Origin: Coprothermobacterota bacterium
GTDB lineage: Bacteria; Coprothermobacterota; HKB111
Direction: 5' to 3'
Length of the DNA stretch: 64,000 nt
Assembly (NCBI GenBank): GCA_037440465.1
Contig: JBBIUB010000002.1
Location: 32,001 to 96,000 of the forward strand
Shown here: piece after piece, positions 53,204 to 63,001 of the stretch
Layout of the letters: each line of letters starts with the position of its first letter
How positions within the stretch are numbered: position 1 is the first letter of the stretch
The notes under the pieces: generated by a model
What the model was told of the DNA's origin: nothing
The model's database searches: none
Seen by the model: the letters and a program-made list of their open reading frames with translations, nothing else
Translations under genes and position numbers: made by a program

Positions 53204-55267
53204 TTAATGTAAAGGACACAATTCCTTCGGTGCTGTGGAAGGCATAAAAATTTCTCTTTTTATTTTCCCAGTAGGACAAGCAGAAGTAGACAAGAGTTTA
53301 GAATCTATACATATCATTTTTTCTTCTACAGAATCCGGCTTCACAAAATCAAGCACCTCTTTATTAGTCAAGTATGGTACTATTGCCCTTTGCCATATCT
53401 TTTGGGCAAAAAGACCCGTGTTGTATAGAGAGTTAATCTGAGGGTTTTCCTCATCCGATCCTGTCCAAACACCAATAAGTAAATCCGTTGTATAACCAAC
53501 AAACCACGCATCTCTATGTTTATCGCTTGTTCCAGTTTTACCAGCAGCAGGAAAAGTCACTTTCAGCCCGCCAGAAAGCTCTCTTTTAGCAACATCTTTT
53601 AAAATATCCGTTAATACATAGGCTGTCTCTTCTTTAATAACCCTTCCTTTTACAGTAGTGAATTCTCGAACCACTACCCCATTTGAAGTAATAATATTTT
53701 TAACTGGTCTCGGTTCTACCTTGTAACCACCGTTGGCTAAAGGAGAGTAGGCAAAGGAGAGTTCAAATAAGGTAACATCATTACTTCCTATTGGCAGAGA
53801 ATAAACTTCTTCCAGCCTGGAAGTAATCCCCATAGCACGAGCATAAGATATCACTTCTTTTAACCCTTGAGCCAGACCCACCTTTACAGCTACAATGTTA
53901 GAAGATCGCACCAAGGCGTCCCTTATATCCATAGGTCCATAAAATTTCTTCCCTTCAACCCTCACATACTCAGTTGGACTCCAGGGACCTTTTGGAGTAT
54001 CAAGAGTCATCGGTTCAGAATCCAATATAGTAAGTGGAGTTACCAATTTAGACTCAAAAGCTGCTGAATAAACAAAGGCTTTAAAAGTTGAGCCGGGTTG
54101 ACGAAGAGAAAATACTCTATTCAGAGGAGTTTCTTTGTAATCCCTTCCACCAATCATGCCCATGATATCTCCTGTTCTTGGGTTTAAGGCAATCATTGCT
54201 CCTTGAGGTTGTCTCACATCTTTATTGTCCTTGACTTCTTTTATAACCTTATTTTTTACCAGTTTGTCCAGTTCAAAGTTTAGAGCTGATTCCAGATTGC
54301 TTTGAATTTTCTGGTCTAAAGTGGTATATACCTTTAATCCACCACCAAAAATAACTTCTCGAGGAAGCATGGTTTGTAGATAACTCTTAACATAATCTAC
54401 AAAGTATTGTACTGAGGGAGAAAATGTTTCCTCCAATGTTTTGAGTTGAGGTTTGTTTTCCAGAGCATCATAATATTCTTTTTCGCTAATGATTTCATTC
54501 TTAAGCATAATATCCAGTATTATTTTCATTCGTTCAACAGAAGCTTCATAATTAGCCTTAGGATTTAATAATGAAGGGGCTTTAAATATTCCTGCTAATA
54601 AAGCTGCTTCACTTAAAGTTAAGTCGCTGGAAGCCTTACCAAAGTAATAACGCGATGCTGCCTCTACTCCGTAATTACCCTCTCCTAAAAAATAAATATT
54701 CAAATACATTTCTAATATCTCATCCTTGGAGTACTCTTTTTCCAGTTGCCAGGCTATGACTATTTCCTGTATTTTCCTATCAAATGTTTTTTCTAAAGTA
54801 AGATTAAACAAGTCTCTTGCAAGTTGTTGAGTAATGGTTGACCCTCCCTCTGCAATTCGTCTTTCTCTGAGATTTACCCAGAGAGCTCTAATAATCCCCC
54901 TTAAATCAATGCCATAATGGGTATAGAAACGAATATCCTCCATTGCTACAACTGCCTTAATCAGATAAGGAGAGATATCTTTTAATTGAGTATAAAACCT
55001 CCTTTCACCTAAATGAATAATAGCTATAAGCTGACCATCAGAATCAAATATCTGGGAGGCTTCTGGTACTACCTTTGATAACTCTTCCATAACCACAGGC
55101 AACCTTTTGAGATTTTCAGTTAGTGAAACAGTTATATGTCTGGTCCTTGAATAAATATATAACGATGAAAAGGTAATAGTAAAAAATACAAAGGCTATAA
55201 CAATTAAAGTTATTTTGAATATTTTGCGGTTATATTTTCTCTTTTTTTTCTTTCTTAAAGGAACCAT
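53204..55267 (-). CDS. Class A penicillin-binding protein (transglycosylase/transpeptidase)
   Basis: EDIRFY.H.GID, GGSTITQQL, RKIQE, YLN; SxxK (GSTFK), SxN (SSN), KTG. Confidence 0.93.
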   Translation of the reverse strand: MVPLRKKKKRKYNRKIFKITLIVIAFVFFTITFSSLYIYSRTRHITVSLTENLKRLPVVMEELSKVVPEASQIFDSDGQLIAIIHLGERRFYTQLKDISPYLIKAVVAMEDIRFYTHYGIDLRGIIRALWVNLRERRIAEGGSTITQQLARDLFNLTLEKTFDRKIQEIVIAWQLEKEYSKDEILEMYLNIYFLGEGNYGVEAASRYYFGKASSDLTLSEAALLAGIFKAPSLLNPKANYEASVERMKIILDIMLKNEIISEKEYYDALENKPQLKTLEETFSPSVQYFVDYVKSYLQTMLPREVIFGGGLKVYTTLDQKIQSNLESALNFELDKLVKNKVIKEVKDNKDVRQPQGAMIALNPRTGDIMGMIGGRDYKETPLNRVFSLRQPGSTFKAFVYSAAFESKLVTPLTILDSEPMTLDTPKGPWSPTEYVRVEGKKFYGPMDIRDALVRSSNIVAVKVGLAQGLKEVISYARAMGITSRLEEVYSLPIGSNDVTLFELSFAYSPLANGGYKVEPRPVKNIITSNGVVVREFTTVKGRVIKEETAYVLTDILKDVAKRELSGGLKVTFPAAGKTGTSDKHRDAWFVGYTTDLLIGVWTGSDEENPQINSLYNTGLFAQKIWQRAIVPYLTNKEVLDFVKPDSVEEKMICIDSKLLSTSACPTGKIKREIFMPSTAPKELCPLH

Positions 55268-55340
55268 TGTATTTCAGTTAATTATATCATAGAGGCTTTT
55301 ATGCTCATCTACTTGACAAAAAGAGTATAATTGTTATTGA

Positions 55341-55453
55341 ACCTTTTGGGGTTAGGTGAAATTCCTTACCGGCGGTAAAGCCCGCGAGCCATTAGTAATG
55401 GCAGAACCGATGAAATTCCGGTGCCGACGGTAAAAGTCCGGATGGGAAAAGGG
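55341..55453 (+). promoter_or_regulatory. FMN riboswitch (RFN element)
   Basis: GGTGAAATTCC..ACCGGCGGTAAAGCCCGCGAGCC...GA.CCG.TGAAATTCCGG.GCCGAC.GT.AAAGTC.GGATGGGA upstream of ribD. Confidence 0.93.
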
Positions 55454-55522
55454 TTAAAATTATCCTTACGTATTTTAGCATCCTTTTCCCCCTAATTTTG
55501 AAAGAGGCAATAATATTTATAA

Positions 55523-56650
55523 ATGGAAAAAGATGCACATCACATGAGACTTACTTTAAAATTAGCTAAGCAAGGATTAGGAAGGGTTAGTCCCAATCCT
55601 GTGGTGGGAGCTATTTTAGTAAAGGATGGTTTCATCGTAGGAAAAGGTTATCATCAGAAGGTAGGAACCCCCCATGCTGAAATTAATGCTCTAAGAGAAG
55701 CAGGACCGGAAGCCACAGGGAGTACACTATACGTTAATCTGGAACCCTGCGTTCACTTTGGTCGTACCCCTCCCTGCGTAAATACCATTATCCAATCAGG
55801 GGTAAAAAGAGTTGTCGTAGGAATGATTGACCCTAACCCTCTGGTTTCAGGCAAAGGTATTCAAGAGTTAAGAAAGTCAGGTTTGGAAATTACAGAAGGG
55901 ATTCTTGCGGAAGAAGCCTGCAAACTGAATGAATTTTTCATAAAATACATTACTAAAAAAATCCCTTTTGTAACACTCAAAGGTGCTATGAGTTTAGATG
56001 GTAAACTCGCAACCTCCACAGGTGAATCCAGATGGATAAGTGGAGAAAAATCTCGGAAACTGGTTCATAAACTGAGAAATCAGTATGATGCTGTGTTAGT
56101 TGGTATCAGTACAATAATCAAGGATGACCCATTACTAACCACCCGAAATATCAAAAATGGAAGAGACCCTATAAGAGTAATTGTAGATAGCAACCTTAGA
56201 ATTCCTCTTGATAGCAAGATAATAAAAATTGTACATAAGTCTAAGGCGCCTACTATTGTTGCCACAACTAAATTCGCACCACCTTCAAAAATAAAAACGC
56301 TGGAGTCCCTTGGAGTTGAAGTATGCAAGGTAGATGATAGAAATAGACGGGTAAATCTCCATGCTCTACTCAACTATCTGGGTGAAAGAAATATTATAAG
56401 TCTTCTCATAGAGGGAGGACCCACACTAAACGAAGGAGCCCTGAGGGAAGGTATAGTGGATAAGGTAATGGTATTTATAAATCCCCGGATTATAGGAGGA
56501 GAAAAGGCACCAACCCTGGTTGGTGGAGAAGGTATAAAAGACTTATACCAGACTCATAGTCTTTCTTCAGTCACATATAAAAAAATTGGTGAAGACCTTC
56601 TTGTAGAAGGGTATTTAAATAAGGAGGAGTTATGTTCACAGGCATTATAG
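55523..56650 (+). CDS. ribD: Bifunctional pyrimidine deaminase/reductase
   Basis: PNPVVGA, HAE, LEPCVHFGRTPPC, SLDGK, EGG. Confidence 0.96.
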   Translation: MEKDAHHMRLTLKLAKQGLGRVSPNPVVGAILVKDGFIVGKGYHQKVGTPHAEINALREAGPEATGSTLYVNLEPCVHFGRTPPCVNTIIQSGVKRVVVGMIDPNPLVSGKGIQELRKSGLEITEGILAEEACKLNEFFIKYITKKIPFVTLKGAMSLDGKLATSTGESRWISGEKSRKLVHKLRNQYDAVLVGISTIIKDDPLLTTRNIKNGRDPIRVIVDSNLRIPLDSKIIKIVHKSKAPTIVATTKFAPPSKIKTLESLGVEVCKVDDRNRRVNLHALLNYLGERNIISLLIEGGPTLNEGALREGIVDKVMVFINPRIIGGEKAPTLVGGEGIKDLYQTHSLSSVTYKKIGEDLLVEGYLNKEELCSQAL

Positions 56651-57282
56651 AAGAGCTTGGAATAATTGAAGATGTTATGAAAAACAAAGAAGGAGCCAGA
56701 ATAAGAATAAAAGGTAATATTGTTAATAGTAGTCTACAGTTAGGAGACAGCATTGCTGTAAATGGAGTTTGTCTAACTGTGGCCGATCTAATTAATTCAA
56801 TATTTGAAGTTGAAATTATGCCTGAGACACTTAATAGAACAAATCTGGCTTACATATCCCCTCGCGATAGAGTAAATCTTGAAAGAGCCAGGAGTTTAGG
56901 TGAAAGGATGGGAGGTCATATTGTAACTGGACATGTAGATGAAGTAGGGGTAATTAAAGCAAAGTATAAATCGGGTTTATCAATTGTTATGGAAGTTAAG
57001 ATTACACCATCAATCAATAAATATTTAGTAGTTAAAGGCTCCGCCTCTATTGACGGCGTAAGTTTAACCATTGTGAATATAAACGATGATAACTTGACAG
57101 TTCACCTCATTCCCCATACTTTGAATTCTACAACTTTAGGCTTTAAAAAACCAGGAGATTATGTAAACATTGAGACCGACATCCTGGCAAAGCATTTAGA
57201 AAAACTCATTGAGAATTATCTTTCACTAAAAAAGAAATATGGATTAACAGAAGATTATTTAAAGAGCATTGGTTACAAGTAA
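56632..57282 (+). CDS. ribE: Riboflavin synthase (alpha chain)
   Basis: [39 protein letters not shown]. Confidence 0.96.
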   Translation: MFTGIIEELGIIEDVMKNKEGARIRIKGNIVNSSLQLGDSIAVNGVCLTVADLINSIFEVEIMPETLNRTNLAYISPRDRVNLERARSLGERMGGHIVTGHVDEVGVIKAKYKSGLSIVMEVKITPSINKYLVVKGSASIDGVSLTIVNINDDNLTVHLIPHTLNSTTLGFKKPGDYVNIETDILAKHLEKLIENYLSLKKKYGLTEDYLKSIGYK

Positions 57283-57304
57283 AAAAGGAGGAAACAAGAA
57301 AAAT

Positions 57305-58513
57305 ATGGCAGAAGAAAATGTAATAAGCTCAATTCCTGAGATAATAGAAGAAATTAAACAAGGAAAAATGGTAATAGTAATAGATGACGAAAATAGAGAA
57401 AATGAGGGTGATTTGATAATGGCAGCAGAAAAAGCAACTCCAGACGCAGTTAACTTTATGGCTATTCACGGACGGGGGCTTATATGTACACCACTTACAG
57501 AAAAAAGACTTGAAGAATTAAACCTACCTCTTATGATTCCGTGTGGAGGCTATTACTGTGATACTGCTTTTACCATCTCAGTAGATGCCCGAGAAACAAA
57601 AACAGGTATTTCTGCTTATGAAAGAGCATTAACCATAAAAAAATTAGTAGACCCAAATGCTAATTCTACAGACTTTAAACGACCGGGTCATATATTCCCT
57701 TTAAAAGCAAAAGAGGGTGGTGTATTATGTCGACATGGGCATACAGAAGCTGCTATAGATTTAACTCAATTAGCCGGGATGTATCATGGTGGAGTAATTT
57801 GCGAAATAATGAACGAAGATGGTACTATGGCACGACTTCCACAACTAATAACTTTTGCTAAAAAGCATAATCTTAAGATCACAACAATTGCTGAGCTTGT
57901 GCGTTATAGATTCAAGCATGAAAAATTAGTTAAAAGAGTAACTACTGCTAACTTGCCAACCCGGTATGGCGAATTCAAAGTGATTACCTACGAAGACACA
58001 ATAGAAGGTTCTTACCATATAGCTCTTCTTAAAGGAGAGGTTGATAGAGAAGAAGCTACGCTGGCGAGAGTCCACTCTGAATGTTTGACCGGTGATGTAT
58101 TTGGCTCTCTCCGTTGTGACTGTGGAGAACAATTATCATCTTCCCTGAAGATGATAGAAAAGGCAGAAAAAGGAGTACTTCTCTACATGCAACAAGAAGG
58201 TAGAGGAATCGGGCTTTTAAACAAAATAAAGGCTTATCAGCTTCAGGATGAAGGTAAGGATACGGTTGAAGCCAACCTCGCTTTAGGTTTTCCACCTGAC
58301 CTGAGGAACTATGGTTTAGGTGCTCAAATCTTGAGAGACCTTGGAGTAAAAAAGATAAAACTTATTACAAATAATCCACATAAGATTTCTGACTTGCAAG
58401 AATATGGGATAGAAGTAATAGAAAGAGTTCCTATTATGGTAAACCTTAGTCCCTCTAATAGAAAATATTTAAAAACTAAAAAAGATAAACTTGGTCATCT
58501 TTTGGATATTTGA
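57305..58513 (+). CDS. ribBA: Bifunctional DHBP synthase / GTP cyclohydrolase II
   Basis: [32 protein letters not shown]...RCDCG, QEGRGIG, TNNP; start ATG 57305. Confidence 0.96.
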   Translation: MAEENVISSIPEIIEEIKQGKMVIVIDDENRENEGDLIMAAEKATPDAVNFMAIHGRGLICTPLTEKRLEELNLPLMIPCGGYYCDTAFTISVDARETKTGISAYERALTIKKLVDPNANSTDFKRPGHIFPLKAKEGGVLCRHGHTEAAIDLTQLAGMYHGGVICEIMNEDGTMARLPQLITFAKKHNLKITTIAELVRYRFKHEKLVKRVTTANLPTRYGEFKVITYEDTIEGSYHIALLKGEVDREEATLARVHSECLTGDVFGSLRCDCGEQLSSSLKMIEKAEKGVLLYMQQEGRGIGLLNKIKAYQLQDEGKDTVEANLALGFPPDLRNYGLGAQILRDLGVKKIKLITNNPHKISDLQEYGIEVIERVPIMVNLSPSNRKYLKTKKDKLGHLLDI

Positions 58514-58555
58514 AAATAAATACATGAAGAACCTAAAAAGAAAAAGGAGGATTAA

Positions 58556-59023
58556 ATGGGTAGAATATTTGAAGGTAAATTATTAGGTGAAGGGTTAAAA
58601 TTTGCGGTTGTGGCGAGCCGTTTCAATGAGTTTATTACTCTTAGACTTCTTGATGGAGCTAAAGATGCTCTCATTCGACATGGTGTTAAGGAAGAAGACA
58701 TTGATGTATACTGGACGCCTGGTTCTTTTGAGATTCCACTAATAGCTATGTCCGCAGCAAGGGGTAATAAATATAATGCAATTGTTTGCATAGGGGCTGT
58801 CATAAGAGGTGACACTCCACACTTCGAATATATAGCAAACGAAGTTACAAAAGGTATCGCTCAGGTTAATTTAAAAACTGGAATTCCTGTTACTTACGGA
58901 ATAATAACTGCAAATACTCTGGAACAAGCTATAGAGAGGGCGGGAACAAAAGCTGGAAATAAGGGCTGGAGTGCTGCTTTGAGTGCAATTGAAATGGCAA
59001 ATCTTATTAATGAACTAAGTTGA
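58556..59023 (+). CDS. ribH: 6,7-dimethyl-8-ribityllumazine synthase
   Basis: [36 protein letters not shown]. Confidence 0.97.
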   Translation: MGRIFEGKLLGEGLKFAVVASRFNEFITLRLLDGAKDALIRHGVKEEDIDVYWTPGSFEIPLIAMSAARGNKYNAIVCIGAVIRGDTPHFEYIANEVTKGIAQVNLKTGIPVTYGIITANTLEQAIERAGTKAGNKGWSAALSAIEMANLINELS

Positions 59024-59613
59024 GAATTGTTATCGTTTTTGGTCGTCACGAAACAGGAAAAACAACTGTTCTGGAAACTATTGGAAGAGGTTTAATAGAA
59101 AAAGGATATACCTTCTCCACATTAAAAGACATTCACTCAACAGATTTCATACTGGACAGGGAGGGCACCGATACCTTCAGGCATAGGGAAGCCGGTGCCC
59201 TTCAGACAATTGCCTGGGGTCCTCAAGAAACAGGAATTATTTTCCCTGAGAAAATTAAATTAGATAAAATACTTACTTACCTCAAAACTGATTATCTTCT
59301 AATTGAAGGTAATCTTGATATAATTGCTCCAAAAGTTTTATGTGTAAAAAATGTGGAAGAACTAAATCAGATAAATCCCCTGGTAATAGCAATATCAGGT
59401 GTAATAACAAATAGTAAACTTAATGTTGATTCTCTTCCTGTGCTAAATCCAAAAGTTGACCAGAAGAGATTAGTTGATTTAGTACTCAAAAAATCCTTTG
59501 AAGCCCTACCATATCCCACACCTGTGAATTGTAAAGCTTGCAACTCTAACTGCCAAAACCTTGCTTTGAATATAATAAGTGGAAAAAGACGTCGAGAAGA
59601 TTGTCCCTACTAA
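59020..59613 (+). CDS. mobB: MobB-like P-loop protein with C-terminal Cys4 Fe-S domain
   Basis: G...TGKTT, K.IH...F..D.EGTDT.RH..AGA, D.LLIEG; tail [11 protein letters not shown]. Confidence 0.75.
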   Translation: MRIVIVFGRHETGKTTVLETIGRGLIEKGYTFSTLKDIHSTDFILDREGTDTFRHREAGALQTIAWGPQETGIIFPEKIKLDKILTYLKTDYLLIEGNLDIIAPKVLCVKNVEELNQINPLVIAISGVITNSKLNVDSLPVLNPKVDQKRLVDLVLKKSFEALPYPTPVNCKACNSNCQNLALNIISGKRRREDCPY

Positions 59614-59637
59614 CGCAAAAACAAGTTCTTAGAAGTG

Positions 59638-60558
59638 CTAAAGATTTTTACAATATAGTACAGCTAATTGAGCACCTATTTCTGCATTTCTTTTAAGTAA
59701 ATCTATATTGGTAATTAAGCTTTTATTGGAAGAATACAAGCTAACCTTATTAAGAAGATAAGGAGTAAGTGCTTGACCTTTTATATTATCTTTAAAAGCA
59801 TCTTGAACCGCTCTATTAATACTCTCTTCTATTTCTGAAAAAGAAATGGCTGAAGTACGGGGAGGCGGATTAGCAATGAGAACCCCTTTTTTTATACCAA
59901 GTGAAAAGTTTATCTTTAAGAACTTTACTATCTCCAGAAGATTATCAGAAAATAATCTGAGCTTATAAGGAGATTCAGACGAATAAAATGCCGGGAAGGA
60001 AGTAGTATTATATCCAATCACTGGTATAGATAATATCTCAAGAACTTCCAATGTTTTTGGAATATCAAGAACAGCTTTTATTCCAGATGATACAACTGCA
60101 ATTTCACAACTAACAAGAGCACCCAAATCCTGAGAAACATCTATAAAACCTTCCTCCCAACCTCTATGAACACCACCTATACCACCAGTAACTAAAAATT
60201 TTATACCTGCTCTATGGGCTATAAATACAGTAGCAGATACGGTAGTACCACCCGACATTTTACGCAAAACAACCTCAGGCAGATCTCTTAGCGCTACTTT
60301 CACCACCTCTTTACTACTGCCCAGTATTTCTATCTCTTCAATGCCTAAGCCAATTCTTAACAGACCATCTATGATACCAATCGTAGCTGGTAAAGCTCCT
60401 TCTCTTCTTATAGATTCCTCCATAGCCCGGGATACATCTATATTATGCGGGTAAGGTAAGCCATGAGTTAAAAAAGCTGTTTCCAGGGCAACCACAGGGT
60501 GATTTTTCAAAATAGCTTCTTCAACTTCTTTTGATAAATGAAAAATATTCATGTCCAT
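59638..60558 (-). CDS. psuG: Pseudouridine-5'-phosphate glycosidase
   Basis: PVVALET..THGLPYP.N, TTVSAT, TGGIGGVHRG, DVS.DL, K..LDIPKTLE.LE, G.ALTP.LL. Confidence 0.92.
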   Translation of the reverse strand: MDMNIFHLSKEVEEAILKNHPVVALETAFLTHGLPYPHNIDVSRAMEESIRREGALPATIGIIDGLLRIGLGIEEIEILGSSKEVVKVALRDLPEVVLRKMSGGTTVSATVFIAHRAGIKFLVTGGIGGVHRGWEEGFIDVSQDLGALVSCEIAVVSSGIKAVLDIPKTLEVLEILSIPVIGYNTTSFPAFYSSESPYKLRLFSDNLLEIVKFLKINFSLGIKKGVLIANPPPRTSAISFSEIEESINRAVQDAFKDNIKGQALTPYLLNKVSLYSSNKSLITNIDLLKRNAEIGAQLAVLYCKNL

Positions 60559-60588
60559 TTTAATTCCTGCTCGTTTATTCCTGAAGCT

Positions 60589-61389
60589 TTACAAGATTTT
60601 TTTATTAATTTCTTTAAGGGAAAAATCATACTCAATTCCATCTGATAATTTGACCTTTACCTGCTCTGTAAATATATTTTTACCTGTAACAATACCTTCT
60701 CCTCCTGGAGTAGTAACTTTTTCTCCAACATCTGGAAAAATCTTTTTTGATGACTCATAAAAAAGAAGTTCATATCTTAAACAACACATCAACCTTCCGC
60801 AAACTCCCGATATCTTGTCAGGACTTACTAAAAGACCTTGAACTTTAGCCATATGAACACTTACAGATCCAGGGGTAAAAAGAAAATCTTTACAACAAAA
60901 CACTAAACCGCACGGACCAAGGCCACCTAAAATTCTTGCTTCTTCTCGCCGATCAATTTGCCATAACTCAACTCGTTTACGAAGTTTTTTAGCTAAATCC
61001 CTAACCAGGCCCCTGAAATCCACTCTTTCTTCAGAAAAAAAATAAAATACAATTTTGCTTTCTCCAAAAGAAGCAACTGTTTTTATGAGTTTTATTGGAA
61101 GACGATGATCTTTTAGTAGTCCCTGAAAGACCAAAGTTGATTCATTTTCCAGCTCTCCCAGCCTTATAAGCTTTTCCTCATCAGAAGAAGATAGTTTTCT
61201 TAATATCTTAACCTCATTTGTTAATGTTTTAGAACCTGCTGGGAATTCAATATTAACAACTACTCCTACTTCTTCTTTTCCTTCTTTTTCAACAATCACT
61301 TTCTCGCAAGTTGTGAGTCCCAAATCTACGAATGGTGAAAATATTAATTCATTACTATGTTTTAATCTAATCATGATTACATTATCCAT
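60589..61389 (-). CDS. yaaT: PSP1-domain protein (YaaT/RicT-like)
   Basis: RVDFRGLVRDLA..RVELWQI..R.EA..GGLGPCG...CC, MAK.Q, KISGVCGRLMCCL.YE; downstream of holB. Confidence 0.9.
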   Translation of the reverse strand: MDNVIMIRLKHSNELIFSPFVDLGLTTCEKVIVEKEGKEEVGVVVNIEFPAGSKTLTNEVKILRKLSSSDEEKLIRLGELENESTLVFQGLLKDHRLPIKLIKTVASFGESKIVFYFFSEERVDFRGLVRDLAKKLRKRVELWQIDRREEARILGGLGPCGLVFCCKDFLFTPGSVSVHMAKVQGLLVSPDKISGVCGRLMCCLRYELLFYESSKKIFPDVGEKVTTPGGEGIVTGKNIFTEQVKVKLSDGIEYDFSLKEINKKIL

Positions 61390-62377
61390 ATAATTGCTCC
61401 CTCAATCTTATAGTTATTCTGTCCCAATGTAACGCTGGGTTCAAGTTGTAATCGTACTCTAACTTTAAAGTATTTAAAAGATAGTCCAAACCACCAATTA
61501 GCTGTTCTCTTGATATTCTCTTTGATAAATTATCCATTTCTACTTCAAGATCTACATTAACAATATATTCAGTTCTTCCTTCTTTCGTCAGGAGTATATC
61601 TCTAATAAGATAAATCAAGGCTCTTAAATTCACTATAAAATCTTCCTTATTATCTTTACTCCACTTATCAAGAAATACGCTTGCTCCCCGATACCCCCTA
61701 TTTCGTAAGATATTCAGGAATTCAAGCATACCCCTCCGCTGATTCAAGTTCTCTTCTCCATTAACAAGTTCAACAGCTCTAGTCATATTCCCCTGTGCAA
61801 GCCCAGCAATAAGTTGAGCTTTTCCTTCAGTCAAAGGAAATTTTTCCAAAAGCCATTTTTTCAGAACACTTAAGGGTAGTGGGAAAAATTGAACTTTCAC
61901 AGAGCGAGATACAATAGTTGGAAGCATAAGGTGAATAGCTGAAGTTGTAAGAATAGGGGTAAGATACTGAGGTGTTTCTTCAAGAGTTTTTAAAAGGCTG
62001 TTTCCAGCTTCCGGTGTTAAAAGATGAGCTTCCCTTATAATAACAACCTTATACCGAGATTCTACTGGTGTGGAGTTAGCAAACTCTCGTAATCTTTTTG
62101 ATTCTTCCAGTTTTATAGTATTACCAAAACCCCTTTCAATTATTAATAAATCAGGATGTTTGTTTTGTTCCATAAGATGACAGGGCCTGCAGTTAAAACA
62201 TGGTATATCATCTGATTCCAAGCAGTTTATACCTTGAGCAAAAAGCAGGGCAGCTGTAAACTTCCCAACTCCTTCTTCACCAAAAAAAAGAAAGGTCCTG
62301 TTATGTACACCCCTTTTTAAAAAACCAGTGAGAATCAATTTGACTGATTCTTGATTCAATAACCTATCAAAGCTCAA
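61382..62377 (-). CDS. holB: DNA polymerase III delta' subunit
   Basis: LF.GEEGVGK, zinc C..C..C, HPD, A..L...AGNSLLKTLEE, PTIVSR. Confidence 0.9.
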   Translation of the reverse strand: MSFDRLLNQESVKLILTGFLKRGVHNRTFLFFGEEGVGKFTAALLFAQGINCLESDDIPCFNCRPCHLMEQNKHPDLLIIERGFGNTIKLEESKRLREFANSTPVESRYKVVIIREAHLLTPEAGNSLLKTLEETPQYLTPILTTSAIHLMLPTIVSRSVKVQFFPLPLSVLKKWLLEKFPLTEGKAQLIAGLAQGNMTRAVELVNGEENLNQRRGMLEFLNILRNRGYRGASVFLDKWSKDNKEDFIVNLRALIYLIRDILLTKEGRTEYIVNVDLEVEMDNLSKRISREQLIGGLDYLLNTLKLEYDYNLNPALHWDRITIRLREQLYG

Positions 62378-62383
62378 ATCCTG

Positions 62384-63001
62384 TCATTTCCTCTCTATAT
62401 CATTCATATAAGATAGTACAAGCGAAAGTATTTCTCTATGTACTTCAACAACAGATAAAGTTCCATCTACTACCTTCATTCTCTCTGGATACCTATTTAT
62501 CAACCAGTTATATCCTTCATATACTCGGGAAAAATACTCTTTTGATCTTACCTCTATAACATCTTTGTTTTTTCTTTTCATACTAAGTTCTGGGTCTATC
62601 TTAATATAGAGTGTTAAATCTGGCCATAATCCTTCAGTAAGTTTTTCATTTAACTCAAGAACATTCAACCCCCCAAGATTAAGACCAAAACCCTGGTAAG
62701 CAACGCTTGAATCAATATAACGGGAAGACAATACTATCATTCCTTTCCTAAGGGCTGGTTTGATTATTTCCTCAGCATGGGATATTCTTGCGGCTAAAAA
62801 TAGTAAAGCCTCTACCCATGGTTGTATCTCAGAAGATAATAGTATATTTCTAATCTTTTCCGCTACAGGAGTTCCTCCAGGTTCACGGGTAATAAGAACA
62901 GGGAAACCTTTTTTAGTTAACTCTTTCTCAAGCATGTGTGCCTGAACAGACTTGCCCGAGCCATCAAGACCCTCAAGAGTAATAAAAATTCCCCTTTTCA
63001 T
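62384..63001 (-). CDS. tmk: Thymidylate kinase
   Basis: FITLEGLDGSGKS, TREPGGT, LFLAAR, RY.DSS.AYQG, PDLT. Confidence 0.95.
   Translation of the reverse strand: MKRGIFITLEGLDGSGKSVQAHMLEKELTKKGFPVLITREPGGTPVAEKIRNILLSSEIQPWVEALLFLAARISHAEEIIKPALRKGMIVLSSRYIDSSVAYQGFGLNLGGLNVLELNEKLTEGLWPDLTLYIKIDPELSMKRKNKDVIEVRSKEYFSRVYEGYNWLINRYPERMKVVDGTLSVVEVHREILSLVLSYMNDIERK

Noticed and set aside
55313..55331. TTGACA and TATAAT upstream of the FMN riboswitch as one promoter
   Set aside because: The two hexamers are only 7 bp apart, so they cannot form a single canonical promoter; the true promoter is left uncalled
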